From: an uncultured bacterium
Lineage (GTDB): Bacteria; Patescibacteriota; Minisyncoccia; Phycocordibacterales; GWA1-40-21
NCBI GenBank assembly: GCA_963716205.1
Contig: OY970290.1
Coordinates: 452,911-516,910, forward strand
Direction of reading: 5' to 3'
Length of the DNA: 64,000 bases
Made by a program: the position numbers and the translations under genes. Of this stretch, positions 37,816 through 49,100 are shown piece after piece. Under the pieces are notes generated by a model. The model ran no database searches, was not told the origin of the DNA, and saw nothing but the letters and a program-made list of their open reading frames with translations. Each line of letters begins with the position of its first letter. Position 1 is the stretch's first letter.

Positions 37816-38169
37816 ATGGCTTGGCTGCTTGATAGACGTCTAAGCGGTTTGAATGAAATCGTCAAAGTTGATGACGATATCAAAGATAGACCAGGAGTAT
37901 CCGACCTCAATGAGTTCCTGAAGCAAAATGGCCTACTCTCACACGAAGCCGGTTTGGAACTTGGACAAGCCCTCAAAGTTTCATGTGAGGATTTGATCAA
38001 AGCCAGCGTCAGTAATAAAGGATATATCAGTGGCGATGCTAAAAATAATATCATTTATTACTTAAAAAATGTCGGTAGAATTTCTCCGCCACTTCTTCAT
38101 TTTCTGCAAGGTCAACAGGGAACTTGCGGACAATTAAACAGTTATAAGTGGAGTGGTGAAAATCAATAA
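37816..38169 (+). CDS. hypothetical protein
   Basis: 117-aa ORF with a strong AGAGGAGG Shine-Dalgarno and a terminator downstream. Confidence 0.5.
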   Translation: MAWLLDRRLSGLNEIVKVDDDIKDRPGVSDLNEFLKQNGLLSHEAGLELGQALKVSCEDLIKASVSNKGYISGDAKNNIIYYLKNVGRISPPLLHFLQGQQGTCGQLNSYKWSGENQ

Positions 38170-38180
38170 AATCTTCACAA

Positions 38181-38215
38181 TCGCCAATCCTGATCAAACA
38201 GGATTGGCGATTTTT
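38181..38215 (+). terminator. intrinsic terminator
   Basis: TCGCCAATCCTG-ATCAAA-CAGGATTGGCGA followed by TTTTT. Confidence 0.8.
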
Positions 38216-38219
38216 ATTC

Positions 38220-38295
38220 TGGTGCCAAGACCCAGGTTCGAACTGGGGACCCTTCCCTCTTCAGGGGAATGCTCTACCAACTGAGCTATCTTGGC
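38220..38295 (-). tRNA. tRNA-Phe (anticodon GAA), CCA encoded
   Basis: The reverse complement reads GCCAAGATAGCTCAGTTGGTAGAGC-ATTCCCCTGAAGAGGGAA-GGGTC-CCCAGTTCGAACCTGGG-TCTTGGCACCA. Confidence 0.85.
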
Positions 38296-38378
38296 ATATA
38301 AAAACTGAAAAATAAACAAAGGCCCGTGCTCAAAGATATTACACTATTTTTCTCTATTTTTCCAGAGGAGAAAAATTT

Positions 38379-38633
38379 TTATTTTGCGGGACTGACGACA
38401 GATTTCACGCCGCCCAAATCGCTTTGAATGCTTGAATATGCCTTGAGAAGCGTATTGACATACGGCTGGAGAAAATAAAAAGCTCCGACTGCAACACCGA
38501 TAATAACCACCCAGTAGATAAAGTTGAAAAATGCCGACCATCGATGCGCGGTTCTCAAACTCTTGAGAATTTTATTGTTCTCCTCCGCCAATTTATTTGT
38601 CCGTTCCAAAAGCTGTCTTTCGTCTGGATTCAT
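38379..38633 (-). CDS. hypothetical small membrane protein
   Basis: 84 aa with one TM (FFNFIYWVVIIGVAVGAFYFL). Confidence 0.4.
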   Translation of the reverse strand: MNPDERQLLERTNKLAEENNKILKSLRTAHRWSAFFNFIYWVVIIGVAVGAFYFLQPYVNTLLKAYSSIQSDLGGVKSVVSPAK

Positions 38634-38638
38634 AGGTA

Positions 38639-39211
38639 TTATATTTTTTGGATAAGTGCACTCAAATCCCCCGTTCCGCCGAAATTCAAAGTTCCGCCCA
38701 GAAGAAGGACAAAGTAAATATTGCTTGTGCCGAACGAAGTGGTCAGATTTTCCACTTCAATCATCGAAAGTCCGCCGCTGTAAATAGTTTTTATATAATA
38801 CGGAATCACTTGCTTGTATTGTTCTGAAACTGCATTTTTCAAATCAGTAATCGTCGCAATTTTTCCGAATAATGGAAATTCTGTGGAACCAGGCCAATAA
38901 TATACTTTCAAACCGACACCTTCTTGAACAACTTTTGGACCGAAATACACCAAACTGCCATCAGTATTATTGGTCGTCATAATCCAGCTGCTTGGATGCG
39001 GATTTACAAATGAAAAACCGAGTGATGCATTGTAATATGTCTGACCACCGGAATTTTTTACGGAATTTGAAGATGTTGCTGATGTTGAAGTTGCACTATT
39101 TGATTGGGAGGAAGATGAATTATTTTTCCCGCTAAAAAGCAAAGCGATTACTATGATGAGAATGACAGTGCCAATCACAATATATGTTGATTGAGAAAGT
39201 TTGTTTTTCAT
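38639..39211 (-). CDS. hypothetical membrane-anchored protein with Ser-rich linker
   Basis: 190 aa. N-terminal TM anchor, an S/T-rich linker, then a globular domain. Confidence 0.45.
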   Translation of the reverse strand: MKNKLSQSTYIVIGTVILIIVIALLFSGKNNSSSSQSNSATSTSATSSNSVKNSGGQTYYNASLGFSFVNPHPSSWIMTTNNTDGSLVYFGPKVVQEGVGLKVYYWPGSTEFPLFGKIATITDLKNAVSEQYKQVIPYYIKTIYSGGLSMIEVENLTTSFGTSNIYFVLLLGGTLNFGGTGDLSALIQKI

Positions 39212-39242
39212 AATGCCAATATTATACCATGATGCTACAATG

Positions 39243-39314
39243 TGCCGCCAGTAAGAATCGAACTTACATCTATCCCTTAGGACGGGACTGTTCTATCCAT
39301 TGAACTATGGCGGC
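39243..39314 (-). tRNA. tRNA-Arg (anticodon CCT)
   Basis: The reverse complement reads GCCGCCA-TA-GTTC-AATGGATA-GAAC-A-GTCCC-GTCCTAA-GGGAT-AGAT-GTAAG-TTCGATT-CTTAC-TGGCGGC-A. Confidence 0.75.
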
Positions 39315-39373
39315 AAACAAGGACAATATAGCATAAAATGCCAAAACAAAAACCGCCGGAAGGCGGTTATGTT

Positions 39374-39613
39374 TTATTTCACTCCCAAAAGTTCTTTCAG
39401 CTTGTCCTCGTCAAAGCCCATGACAAGCTCGTCGCCGACATAAATGACCGGCACTCCCATCTGACCGCTCTTTTCTATCATTTCTTTTCTTTTTGCCAAA
39501 TCAGACTGCACATCGAATGTTTCATAAGGAATATCATGCTCCTTGAAAAATTCTTTCGCCATATTGCAGTAGTGGCATGTCGGCGTCGAATATATGATTA
39601 CTTTTTTACTCAT
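39374..39613 (-). CDS. glutaredoxin/NrdH-like thiol-disulfide oxidoreductase
   Basis: 79 aa. CHYC active site after the beta1 strand VIIYSTPT, and GVPVIYVGDELVMGFD. Confidence 0.8.
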   Translation of the reverse strand: MSKKVIIYSTPTCHYCNMAKEFFKEHDIPYETFDVQSDLAKRKEMIEKSGQMGVPVIYVGDELVMGFDEDKLKELLGVK

Positions 39614-39696
39614 GTTATTTTTATTAATCTGATAACATTCCCATTATAACATAGTGCGGTTTTTTTTAGTCTTGAAAAAATAAAGTTTCCTGTGTT

Positions 39697-40086
39697 TTAT
39701 TGAGATGAGGTAACTGTAGAAGATGCTGAATTGCTACTCACATCAAACGGTGCTATATCAACAACTTTGTTCATTATTGGATCATATAAAACAGCCTTCT
39801 CTGCATCAGAATAAAGCAATACATAATCTCCCGCTTTGGAATTAGCAAAAAATGGCTGGTCTTTCAGTTTTGTTGGATCAGTAATTTTAATTACCGAGGG
39901 AGTCTCCCCTTCCGGCAGAACAATCAGTTTGCCTATCATTTGTATGATGGAATCTGCTTGTTTTTGAGCAACTTCCTGTGGATTATTATTTATCTTGGAA
40001 AGTTCAATGTAAAAAATAATTGATGTACTCGCGGTAAAAATAAGCGCAATGATAAGCACGATATTTATTATTTTTGATTTCGTCAT
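39697..40086 (-). CDS. hypothetical membrane-anchored protein
   Basis: 129 aa. N-terminal TM and a Ser-rich C-terminus. Confidence 0.4.
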   Translation of the reverse strand: MTKSKIINIVLIIALIFTASTSIIFYIELSKINNNPQEVAQKQADSIIQMIGKLIVLPEGETPSVIKITDPTKLKDQPFFANSKAGDYVLLYSDAEKAVLYDPIMNKVVDIAPFDVSSNSASSTVTSSQ

Positions 40087-40160
40087 ATTGATTTATATTT
40101 TACTATTTCATTAAGCTGACTTTCGTTCTATTGTAGCATTCCTCATTCAAAAGTAAATAT

Positions 40161-43100
40161 TTATTGCCCTTCTGATGAGGTTGCCGAGGAATCAGTCGTT
40201 GTTGCTTGAGATGAATCATCCGGAGTCGTAGTTGCTGTTGTTATTTGGATATCAGAGGTGGAACTTGCGGTGCTTGTTGCCGTTCCATCAGAAGTCGAAG
40301 TGGCTGTCGAAACAATATCAGTTGTCGTTGCTTGAGATGAATCATCCGGAGTCGTAGTTGCTGTTTCGGAATCAGGCGTCGAAGTTGCAGTGCTTGTTGC
40401 GATTTCCGTTCCTGAATTATCCGGCGCACTCGAGCTTGCTGCCTCTGCCGGAGACGTCGCTGCTGGAAGTGTGTAGTCCGAAGGATAACCAAACGTTTTT
40501 GCATTATTGACTGCAAGAGCAATCCAACTGAAGGTTGTGTCATCAATAGCGGGTTTGTTAAGCATGATCGTAAATCCTGCCGTTGATTTTTTCATAATGA
40601 CATATTGAATATTGTTGTTGAAGATATCTCCGACGGTAGCGGTATCAGCGGCGGGATTGCTCGAAGTATCAAACGTAATGTTTGCACTTACGATTGGATC
40701 TGTAAGATACGGATTGGTGAATGTCACATCAACTGATTGCTGGCCCTTGGCAATAACCGCGAAGCCAGCGGTGTCATTATTGAAGTATGGCCTACCAAAG
40801 AATATTGTGTCTGATTCAAGAGTAATGGCGTCATTCAAAGAACTTATATTATCCACTGTCAAACCTTGCGTTGTTATGCTTGGTGCAATAATTTCAATTC
40901 CGGCGGCAAGGCGATCAACCAAAAGTTCAGATGTCGTATCCGTCGCTTCAGGACCGGTTCCTTGATTTGCCAGGAATTTCGCCAGCACCTGTCTTCCTAT
41001 TGTTTCAGTATTTCCAACATCTTCGATGCCGGCAAATTCACTCAAACTTTCTCCGCTGTAATATCCTTGTTCAACAAAAACCATCACTTGGCTCTGCCCC
41101 GAATTTGGACTCCAGTTGCCGAGTGCTTTGCCAATAACCTCACCCGCTTTTGTGGCTTTCATTGCTTTTCCGGGATCATCAGAAGTCGTCAAATAATCTC
41201 CTGGTTGTATCGGATCCGAACTTGATGAAACATTGACCATAATACGACCATTAAGTGCGATTGGCATTATTTTATCTTCCCCACTCATTGCATTATATCC
41301 AGCGGAAGTAAATTGACCATAGTTGTCGGAAACAACACCGATCACATTTGATGCATATGTCGTGGTAGCTTGAACAAGTTCGGTAATTTCCTGCGGTGAA
41401 TCTGTTGAAACATTTCCTTCCGCATCAGTTCCATATTGTTCAACAGTTGTTGTGCCAAGCACCATAACATCACCATAATCCGTCGACTGTTCAACTGGAT
41501 ACATTTCAGCATAATCAGAAGTTGGCGCACCGCTACAAGTGACAAGTTGATACGCAGTTCCTGATACCGGAGCTTGTGATCCCGTAAGAGTAGCTACGCA
41601 AACACCTTTGATTCTTGCGGCTGTTGACGTACCAAGTGAAACCGCGACTCCTACTGATGTAGTACCAACGCCACCAGCAATAATTGAAACTGTCGTTGTA
41701 CCGGAACTCGAATTTTTTACGCCAATATTAATCGCTGTAACACCGGTGCCACCATTTGCAGTCGTTCCAATATTGATCGTTTGGTTATTATTACCACTTG
41801 CACCAGTACCTATGTTAATAATTTGACCTCCGGTAGATGAGCCAAGTGTAATAGCACCTGTCCCTGTAGTGGAACCGATGACGATTGTGCCATTTGTATT
41901 TGGAGTCATCGTAATTCCACCTGTGCCAGTACCACCATAAATTGTAGTATTTCCTGTTAATGACGTACTGCCAATTTGTATAGCGCCGCTTGTAACATTG
42001 CTGAACAAAAGGTTTGTGGGAGACGTACCGCCATATATGGTTACTACTCCGGTTGCCGCTACTCCGCCAAGAGTCAATGTTCCTGTACCGGTTACAGCAA
42101 AAGTTGAAGCGCCATTACCCGCATTAATATTAACTTTGGTTGCACCCGTAATGTTACCGATGGTAACAGTTCCAGCTATTGCTCCTGTTCCAATATTGAT
42201 GATATTTCCGGTTGCACCTTGAGTACCAATATTTACAGTATTGATTCCTCCGATTCCAACTCCGAGGTTCAAAGTTTCCGCACCTGTCGATGAACCGACA
42301 GTGATAGCACCTGTCTGCCCAGTTCCGCCTATTGTATATGTACCTGATGTTAAAGCCGCGCCATCAGTTATCGAACCTGTTGTTATACCAGTACCTATCG
42401 TTATGGTTGAACCAGCGGCACCTTGTAATAAATAATTTCCTGTCCCCACTGTTTCTGTTATTCCTGTTGCACCGACATTATTTCCAATAGCAATGACATT
42501 ACCGCCAGTACTACCATTGGCAATATTTACTGCCGCATTATTAGAACCGGTATTTATATTTGCTGCAAAATTTGAAGAAACATTCAAATTGACTGCTGCA
42601 CCCGTAGAAGTCAAACCTGCAACAAAAGTTCCCAAATTATTCCACGTTTTAGCTCCATTCACCGATTGAGTTGTTGTAAGGTCAACAAAGTTTTGGGAAC
42701 TTGAACCTGTTCCGCCGTTGGTAATTGGCAAAATGCCCGCGGTAGAAGGCAAGTTGGTTAAGAGTGACCAACTTGGTGTTCCCGCAGCAGTGTTCATTAA
42801 AACCATACCTGTTGTGACACCGGCAGCCAATCTCGCGGGAGCAGGTGTTGAATTTTCATAAATCATATCTCCCACAGTAGTCATAGGATTTGTAAGTTTC
42901 CCATTAAACGTCGTCCAATCAGCGCTTGCCAGACATCCGCTTACAGATCCCGATGCCTGCGGACAGTTAATCGTGAGTGATGATGAAGTTGTTGAAATAT
43001 TAAATGATGTACCGGATGTTCCGACTGCTGTTGTGAATGGTCCCGTATATCCTGCTGCCACTGATGCTGTCAGTGTTCCTGAATTTGTCACCGGTGAATT

Positions 43101-46100
43101 CGTTACAGTATATCCTGTCGGTAGAGAAAGACCGACGGAGGTGACATACGCCAGTGATGTCGAGGCCGAGGATAACAAAAATTGAGAAGTTGATGTGGAA
43201 ATTACATTTCCATTTGGGTCAACTGCCAAAAATGCATTTGAAAGTTTTGAGATGTTCAAATTTTGAGTAGTGGAAGTCCCGATGACTGAAAGTGCAGTTA
43301 CCGGAGTTGTTGTGCCGATGCCGACATTGCCATTCGGTAATATATTGAATCCGACTGTAGAGGTAGAATTAAAAGAAACAAATGGAGACGTCAGTGAGCC
43401 ATTTAACGCAGTATAAGAAATACTTGATGTAGCCAATAAGAAATCAGCTGGATTTGAAGAAAATACATTTCGCATTGCGGAAACGCTTTGAGTTCGTAAA
43501 ACGGTAACGCTATCAAGCTGAGAGATAGGAGTTTGAATCGGAACGGGTGCAGTCCAGGAAGCAAAATTATTGTATGAATCGCTGTAGTGAATAAATGACG
43601 TATTGCCGTATTCATCAAGATAAATTCTCCAATCATTGGCGCTGACCTGTACAAGTGCCGGGGCTTCATAGTTATTCGCTCCCCATCCTGCCCAGTTGCC
43701 GCTTTCCGCAGTGACAAACGGTCCTGTCGGTGAAGAAGAAGTGGCATATTCAATATATTTCGGAGCGGTTTCCTCTTTGTACCAGAGATAATATGTGCTA
43801 CCAATCTTGACCATAAATGGGTCAATCTTGTTTGCTCCAATAACATAAACTGGATTCGACCATGTGGTCATGGCGGCATTTGTCGGGTGCATTTCGTAAA
43901 CACTGAAGGTATTATCGGAACCGTCCGGAGCAATTGAAACATAGGCATGAACAGTTCCGTCCGTATCGACAAAAAGTGACGGTGCCCATGTCCAATAGAC
44001 TGTGGTTGTCGCTGCCGTCGTGGAAGGATTTGTCACATAGCTCCAATTCCTCAGATCAGATGAAGAAGCAAGACCCCACCATTGATTTGAACCAAAGCCA
44101 GAATATGATGGAAAGTTATTATAACTCATCCAATAGACATTATTGTAATAAATAATTGACGGATCTCGGAAACTTCCGGATGGTGGGATATACGGCGGAT
44201 TGGGTTCAAAATCAAAGAAATTAATACCATCAGCACTTGATTCAATCTCCATAGTTTGTGCTGAGAAATTATGCCCGACAAGGATATATACTCCTTGACC
44301 CGCAACAGCAGGATTACCGACCGATGCATCACCCAGCGTGTTCGTGTTTCCACCAAAATATGCAATAGTTGTAGTAGCTGAAGTCAATCCCGCAACAGAA
44401 AATTCAGAGTTTGGAGTACTTGTCCCGACACCAACATTGCCATTGGTAAGAACTGTAAGGAGAGGCGATGTTGTTGAATAAATATTGAGTAGTGGTTGCG
44501 TTTGAGCATATGTTGAAGTCGCTTCAATAGCCAGTTCTGCAGACGGAGTTGTCGACCCGATTCCAATATAACCATTTGAAAAAACTTTAAAATATGAACT
44601 TCCATTTATTCCGTAAATTTCAAGAGGATTTCCTAAAGATGAACTTGCTTGAATATCAACGGCATCATCAGGCGTAGTTGTTCCGATTCCAACACTTCCA
44701 TTTGAAAGAATTATCATTCTTGTATCTGAAGCCAATGTTCCTCCGGTAAAGAATTTCAGAGCGGCTTGTGAATTTGTACTCGTAGCTGTGCCAATATCTA
44801 ATGAATTATCAGAAGCATACACATAAGCATCGTCTGATGTTGCTATGGTAAATGTCTGATCAGCGTTATATCCGTTATTAATACCCAAATCTACATAATT
44901 TGAATTATCATTTCCATTGTTTGCTGTTGCAATATAATCCGCAGAAGATGTCGGAGAGTTTGAAGAATTTTCCAATACCATTTCAACAGATGCGGACGAA
45001 CTGCCTATCACAGCAAACGGAACTACATTACCGTCTCCTAAAACATTCCAGTTTGTTGTCGTGCCAATGGCAATTGATGAACTTGCGGGAAATTCATATA
45101 GAACTGAATTAGTCAAAGTTCCGCTTGATGTTGCATACGAAATATATCCGGTCGTAAAAGGTGATGTTGTGCCAAGTCCCCCACTGCTTGTTCCGCCTGA
45201 TATTCCGAGCGATGATGTCGAAACATATGCAACACCTCCGATTGCTGTTGATGATGCTACGAGAACATATCCATTCGTTCCCGTTGCAATGCTACCAAGT
45301 CCCGATCCTGAAGACCAATATGCCAAATCTCCTGATGTTCCGGAAAGAGCATTTTGTTTCCCATTAAACGTCGTCCAATCAGCGCTTGCCAGACATCCGC
45401 TTACAGATCCCGATGCCTGCGGACAGTTAATCGTGAGTGATGATGAAGTTGTTGAAATATTAAATGATGTACCGGATGTTCCGACTGCTGTTGTGAATGG
45501 TCCCGTATATCCTGCTGCCACTGATGCTGTCAGTGTTCCTGAATTTTTCACCGGTGAATTCGTTACAGTATATCCTGTCGGTAGAGAAAGACCGACGGAG
45601 GTGACATACGCCAGTGATGTCGAGGCCGAGGATAACAAAAATTGAGAAGTTGATGTGGAAATTACATTTCCATTTGGGTCAACTGCCAAAAATGCATTTG
45701 AAAGATTGGAAATGTTTAATCCTTTCGTGGTTGAAGTACCGATGACGGAGAGTGCTGTTGCTGGAGTGGTGGTGCCAATACCAACTGCATATGATGCTAA
45801 TAATTCTCCTCCATAACCAGCGTTTCCGAGTGAGTATCCTATACCAATACCATTATTAAATGTGAAATTGCCCCAGCCATCTGAAGATATTGTTCCTTGT
45901 TGTGTATTGTCAGTTCTTGTTGAACTTATCAGTGTTGTTGAAGCATTCGCTGAAAAATTAAGAAGTCCGTTAGAATAAACTTGATTACCTGGAGCTCCAA
46001 TACCAACATTTCCATTGAAGAATGCGACTGTTCCAGTTGGTGCAGTAACAGAACCAACGGAAAGTGTGGAAACATTTGAAAGCGATTTATTATTGAGATT

Positions 46101-49100
46101 CACTCCGCCAGTCGCACCGGAATACGGAACATAGAGTGATGAGCTGGCAAACGGAATGTATGCAAGCGATGTCGAGGCCGAGAGCGGAAGGTAGGTGGAG
46201 GCGGCTGTTGCCGTCGTCAGGTAATTGGTGATGGTTGAGGTTGAGACGTAGTTGGCGGCGGCCGATGTCGTTGAGAGATATCCAAGCAGCGTGTTGGCAA
46301 ATGATGAAGTTGAGACGTAGTTGGTCAGTGATGAGGTGGTGGCCGTGATGTAATTGGAAGGATTGGAGTTGAGGTAATACAAACTTGAGGATGCAAACGG
46401 AATGTATGCAAGCGATGTCGAGGCCGAGAGCGGAAGGTAGGTGGAGGCGGCTGTTGCCGTCGTCAGGTAATTGGTGATGGTTGAGGTTGAGACGTAGTTG
46501 GCGGCGGCCGATGTCGTTGAGAGATATCCAAGCAGCGTGTTGGCAAATGATGAAGTTGAGACGTAGTTGGTCAGTGATGAGGTGGTGGCCGTGATGTAAT
46601 TGGAAGGATTGGAGTTGAGGTAATACAAACTTGAGGATGCAAACGGAATGTATGCAAGCGATGTCGAGGCCGAGAGCGGAAGGTAGGTGGAGGCGGCTGT
46701 TGCCGTCGTCAGGTAATTGGTGATGGTTGAGGTTGAGACGTAGTTGGCGGCGGCCGATGTCGTTGAGAGATATCCAAGCAGCGTGTTGGCAAATGATGAA
46801 GTTGAGACGTAGTTGGTCAGTGATGAGGTGGTGGCCGTGATGTAATTGGAAGGATTGGAGTTGAGGTAATACAAACTTGAGGATGCAAACGGAATGTATG
46901 CAAGCGATGTCGAGGCCGAGAGCGGAAGGTAGGTGGAGGCGGCTGTTGCCGTCGTCAGGTAATTGGTGATGGTTGAGGTTGAGACGTAGTTGGCGGCGGC
47001 CGATGTCGTTGAGAGATATCCAAGCAGCGTGTTGGCAAATGATGAAGTTGAGACGTAGTTGGTCAGTGATGAGGTGGTGGCCGTGATGTAATTGGAAGGA
47101 TTGGAGTTGAGGTAATACAAACTTGAGGATGCAAACGGAATGTATGCAAGCGATGTCGAGGCCGAGAGCGGAAGGTAGGTGGAGGCGGCTGTTGCCGTCG
47201 TCAGGTAATTGGTGATGGTTGAGGTTGAGACGTAGTTGGCGGCGGCCGATGTCGTTGAGAGATATCCAAGCAGCGTGTTGGCAAATGATGAAGTTGAGAC
47301 GTAGTTGGTCAGTGATGAGGTGGTGGCCGTGATGTAATTGGAAGGATTGGAGTTGAGGTAATACAAACTTGAGGATGCAAACGGAATGTATGCAAGCGAT
47401 GTCGAGGCCGAGAGCGGAAGGTAGGTGGAGGCGGCTGTTGCCGTCGTCAGGTAATTGGTGATGGTTGAGGTTGAGACGTAGTTGGCGGCGGCCGATGTCG
47501 TTGAGAGATATCCAAGCAGCGTGTTGGCAAATGATGAAGTTGAGACGTAGTTGGTCAGTGATGAGGTGGTGGCCGTGATGTAATTGGAAGGATTGGAGTT
47601 GAGGTAATACAAACTTGAGGATGCAAACGGAATGTATGCAAGCGATGTCGAGGCCGAGAGCGGAAGGTAGGTGGAGGCGGCTGTTGCCGTCGTCAGGTAA
47701 TTGGTGATGGTTGAGGTTGAGACGTAGTTGGCGGCGGCCGATGTCGTTGAGAGATATCCAAGCAGCGTGTTGGCAAATGATGAAGTTGAGACGTAGTTGG
47801 TCAGTGATGAGGTGGTGGCCGTGATGTAATTGGAAGGATTGGAGTTGAGGTAATACAAACTTGAGGATGCAAACGGAATGTATGCAAGCGATGTCGAGGC
47901 CGAGAGCGGAAGGTAGGTGGAGGCGGCTGTTGCCGTCGTCAGGTAATTGGTGATGGTTGAGGTTGAGACGTAGTTGGCGGCGGCCGATGTCGTTGAGAGA
48001 TATCCAAGCAGCGTGTTGGCAAATGATGAAGTTGAGACGTAGTTGGTCAGTGATGAGGTGGTGGCCGTGATGTAATTGGAAGGATTGGAGTTGAGGTAAT
48101 ACAAACTTGAGGATGCAAACGGAATGTATGCAAGCGATGTCGAGGCCGAGAGCGGAAGGTAGGTGGAGGCGGCTGTTGCCGTCGTCAGGTAATTGGTGAT
48201 GGTTGAGGTTGAGACGTAGTTGGCGGCGGCCGATGTCGTTGAGAGATATCCAAGCAGCGTGTTGGCAAATGATGAAGTTGAGACGTAGTTGGTCAGTGAT
48301 GAGGTGGTGGCCGTGATGTAATTGGAAGGATTGGAGTTGAGGTAATACAAACTTGAGGATGCAAACGGAATGTATGCAAGCGATGTCGAGGCCGAGAGCG
48401 GAAGGTAGGTGGAGGCGGCTGTTGCCGTCGTCAGGTAATTGGTGATGGTTGAGGTTGAGACGTAGTTGGCGGCGGCCGATGTCGTTGAGAGATATCCAAG
48501 CAGCGTGTTGGCAAATGATGAAGTTGAGACGTAGTTGGTCAGTGATGAGGTGGTGGCCGTGATGTAATTGGAAGGATTGGAGTTGAGGTAATACAAACTT
48601 GAGGATGCAAACGGAATGTATGCAAGCGATGTCGAGGCCGAGAGCGGAAGGTAGGTGGAGGCGGCTGTTGCCGTCGTCAGGTAATTGGTGATGGTTGAGG
48701 TTGAGACGTAGTTGGCGGCGGCCGATGTCGTTGAGAGATATCCAAGCAGCGTGTTGGCAAATGATGAAGTTGAGACGTAGTTGGTCAGTGATGAGGTGGT
48801 GGCCGTGATGTAATTGGAAGGATTGGAGTTGAGGTAATACAAACTTGAGGATGCAAACGGAATGTATGCAAGCGATGTCGAGGCCGAGAGCGGAAGGTAG
48901 GTGGAGGCGGCTGTTGCCGTCGTCAGGTAATTGGTGATGGTTGAGGTTGAGACGTAGTTGGCGGCGGCCGATGTCGTTGAGAGATATCCAAGCAGCGTGT
49001 TGGCAAATGATGAAGTTGAGACGTAGTTGGTCAGTGATGAGGTGGTGGCCGTGATGTAATTGGAAGGATTGGAGTTGAGGTAATACAAACTTGAGGATGC

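Noticed and set aside
40241-45645. Numerous 60-190-aa ORFs on both strands inside the giant gene (for example 45061..45645 +, 43403..43846 -)
   Set aside because: They are embedded in, or antisense to, a continuous 10.3-kb ORF with coherent domain content. They are artefacts of low-complexity repeat sequence.
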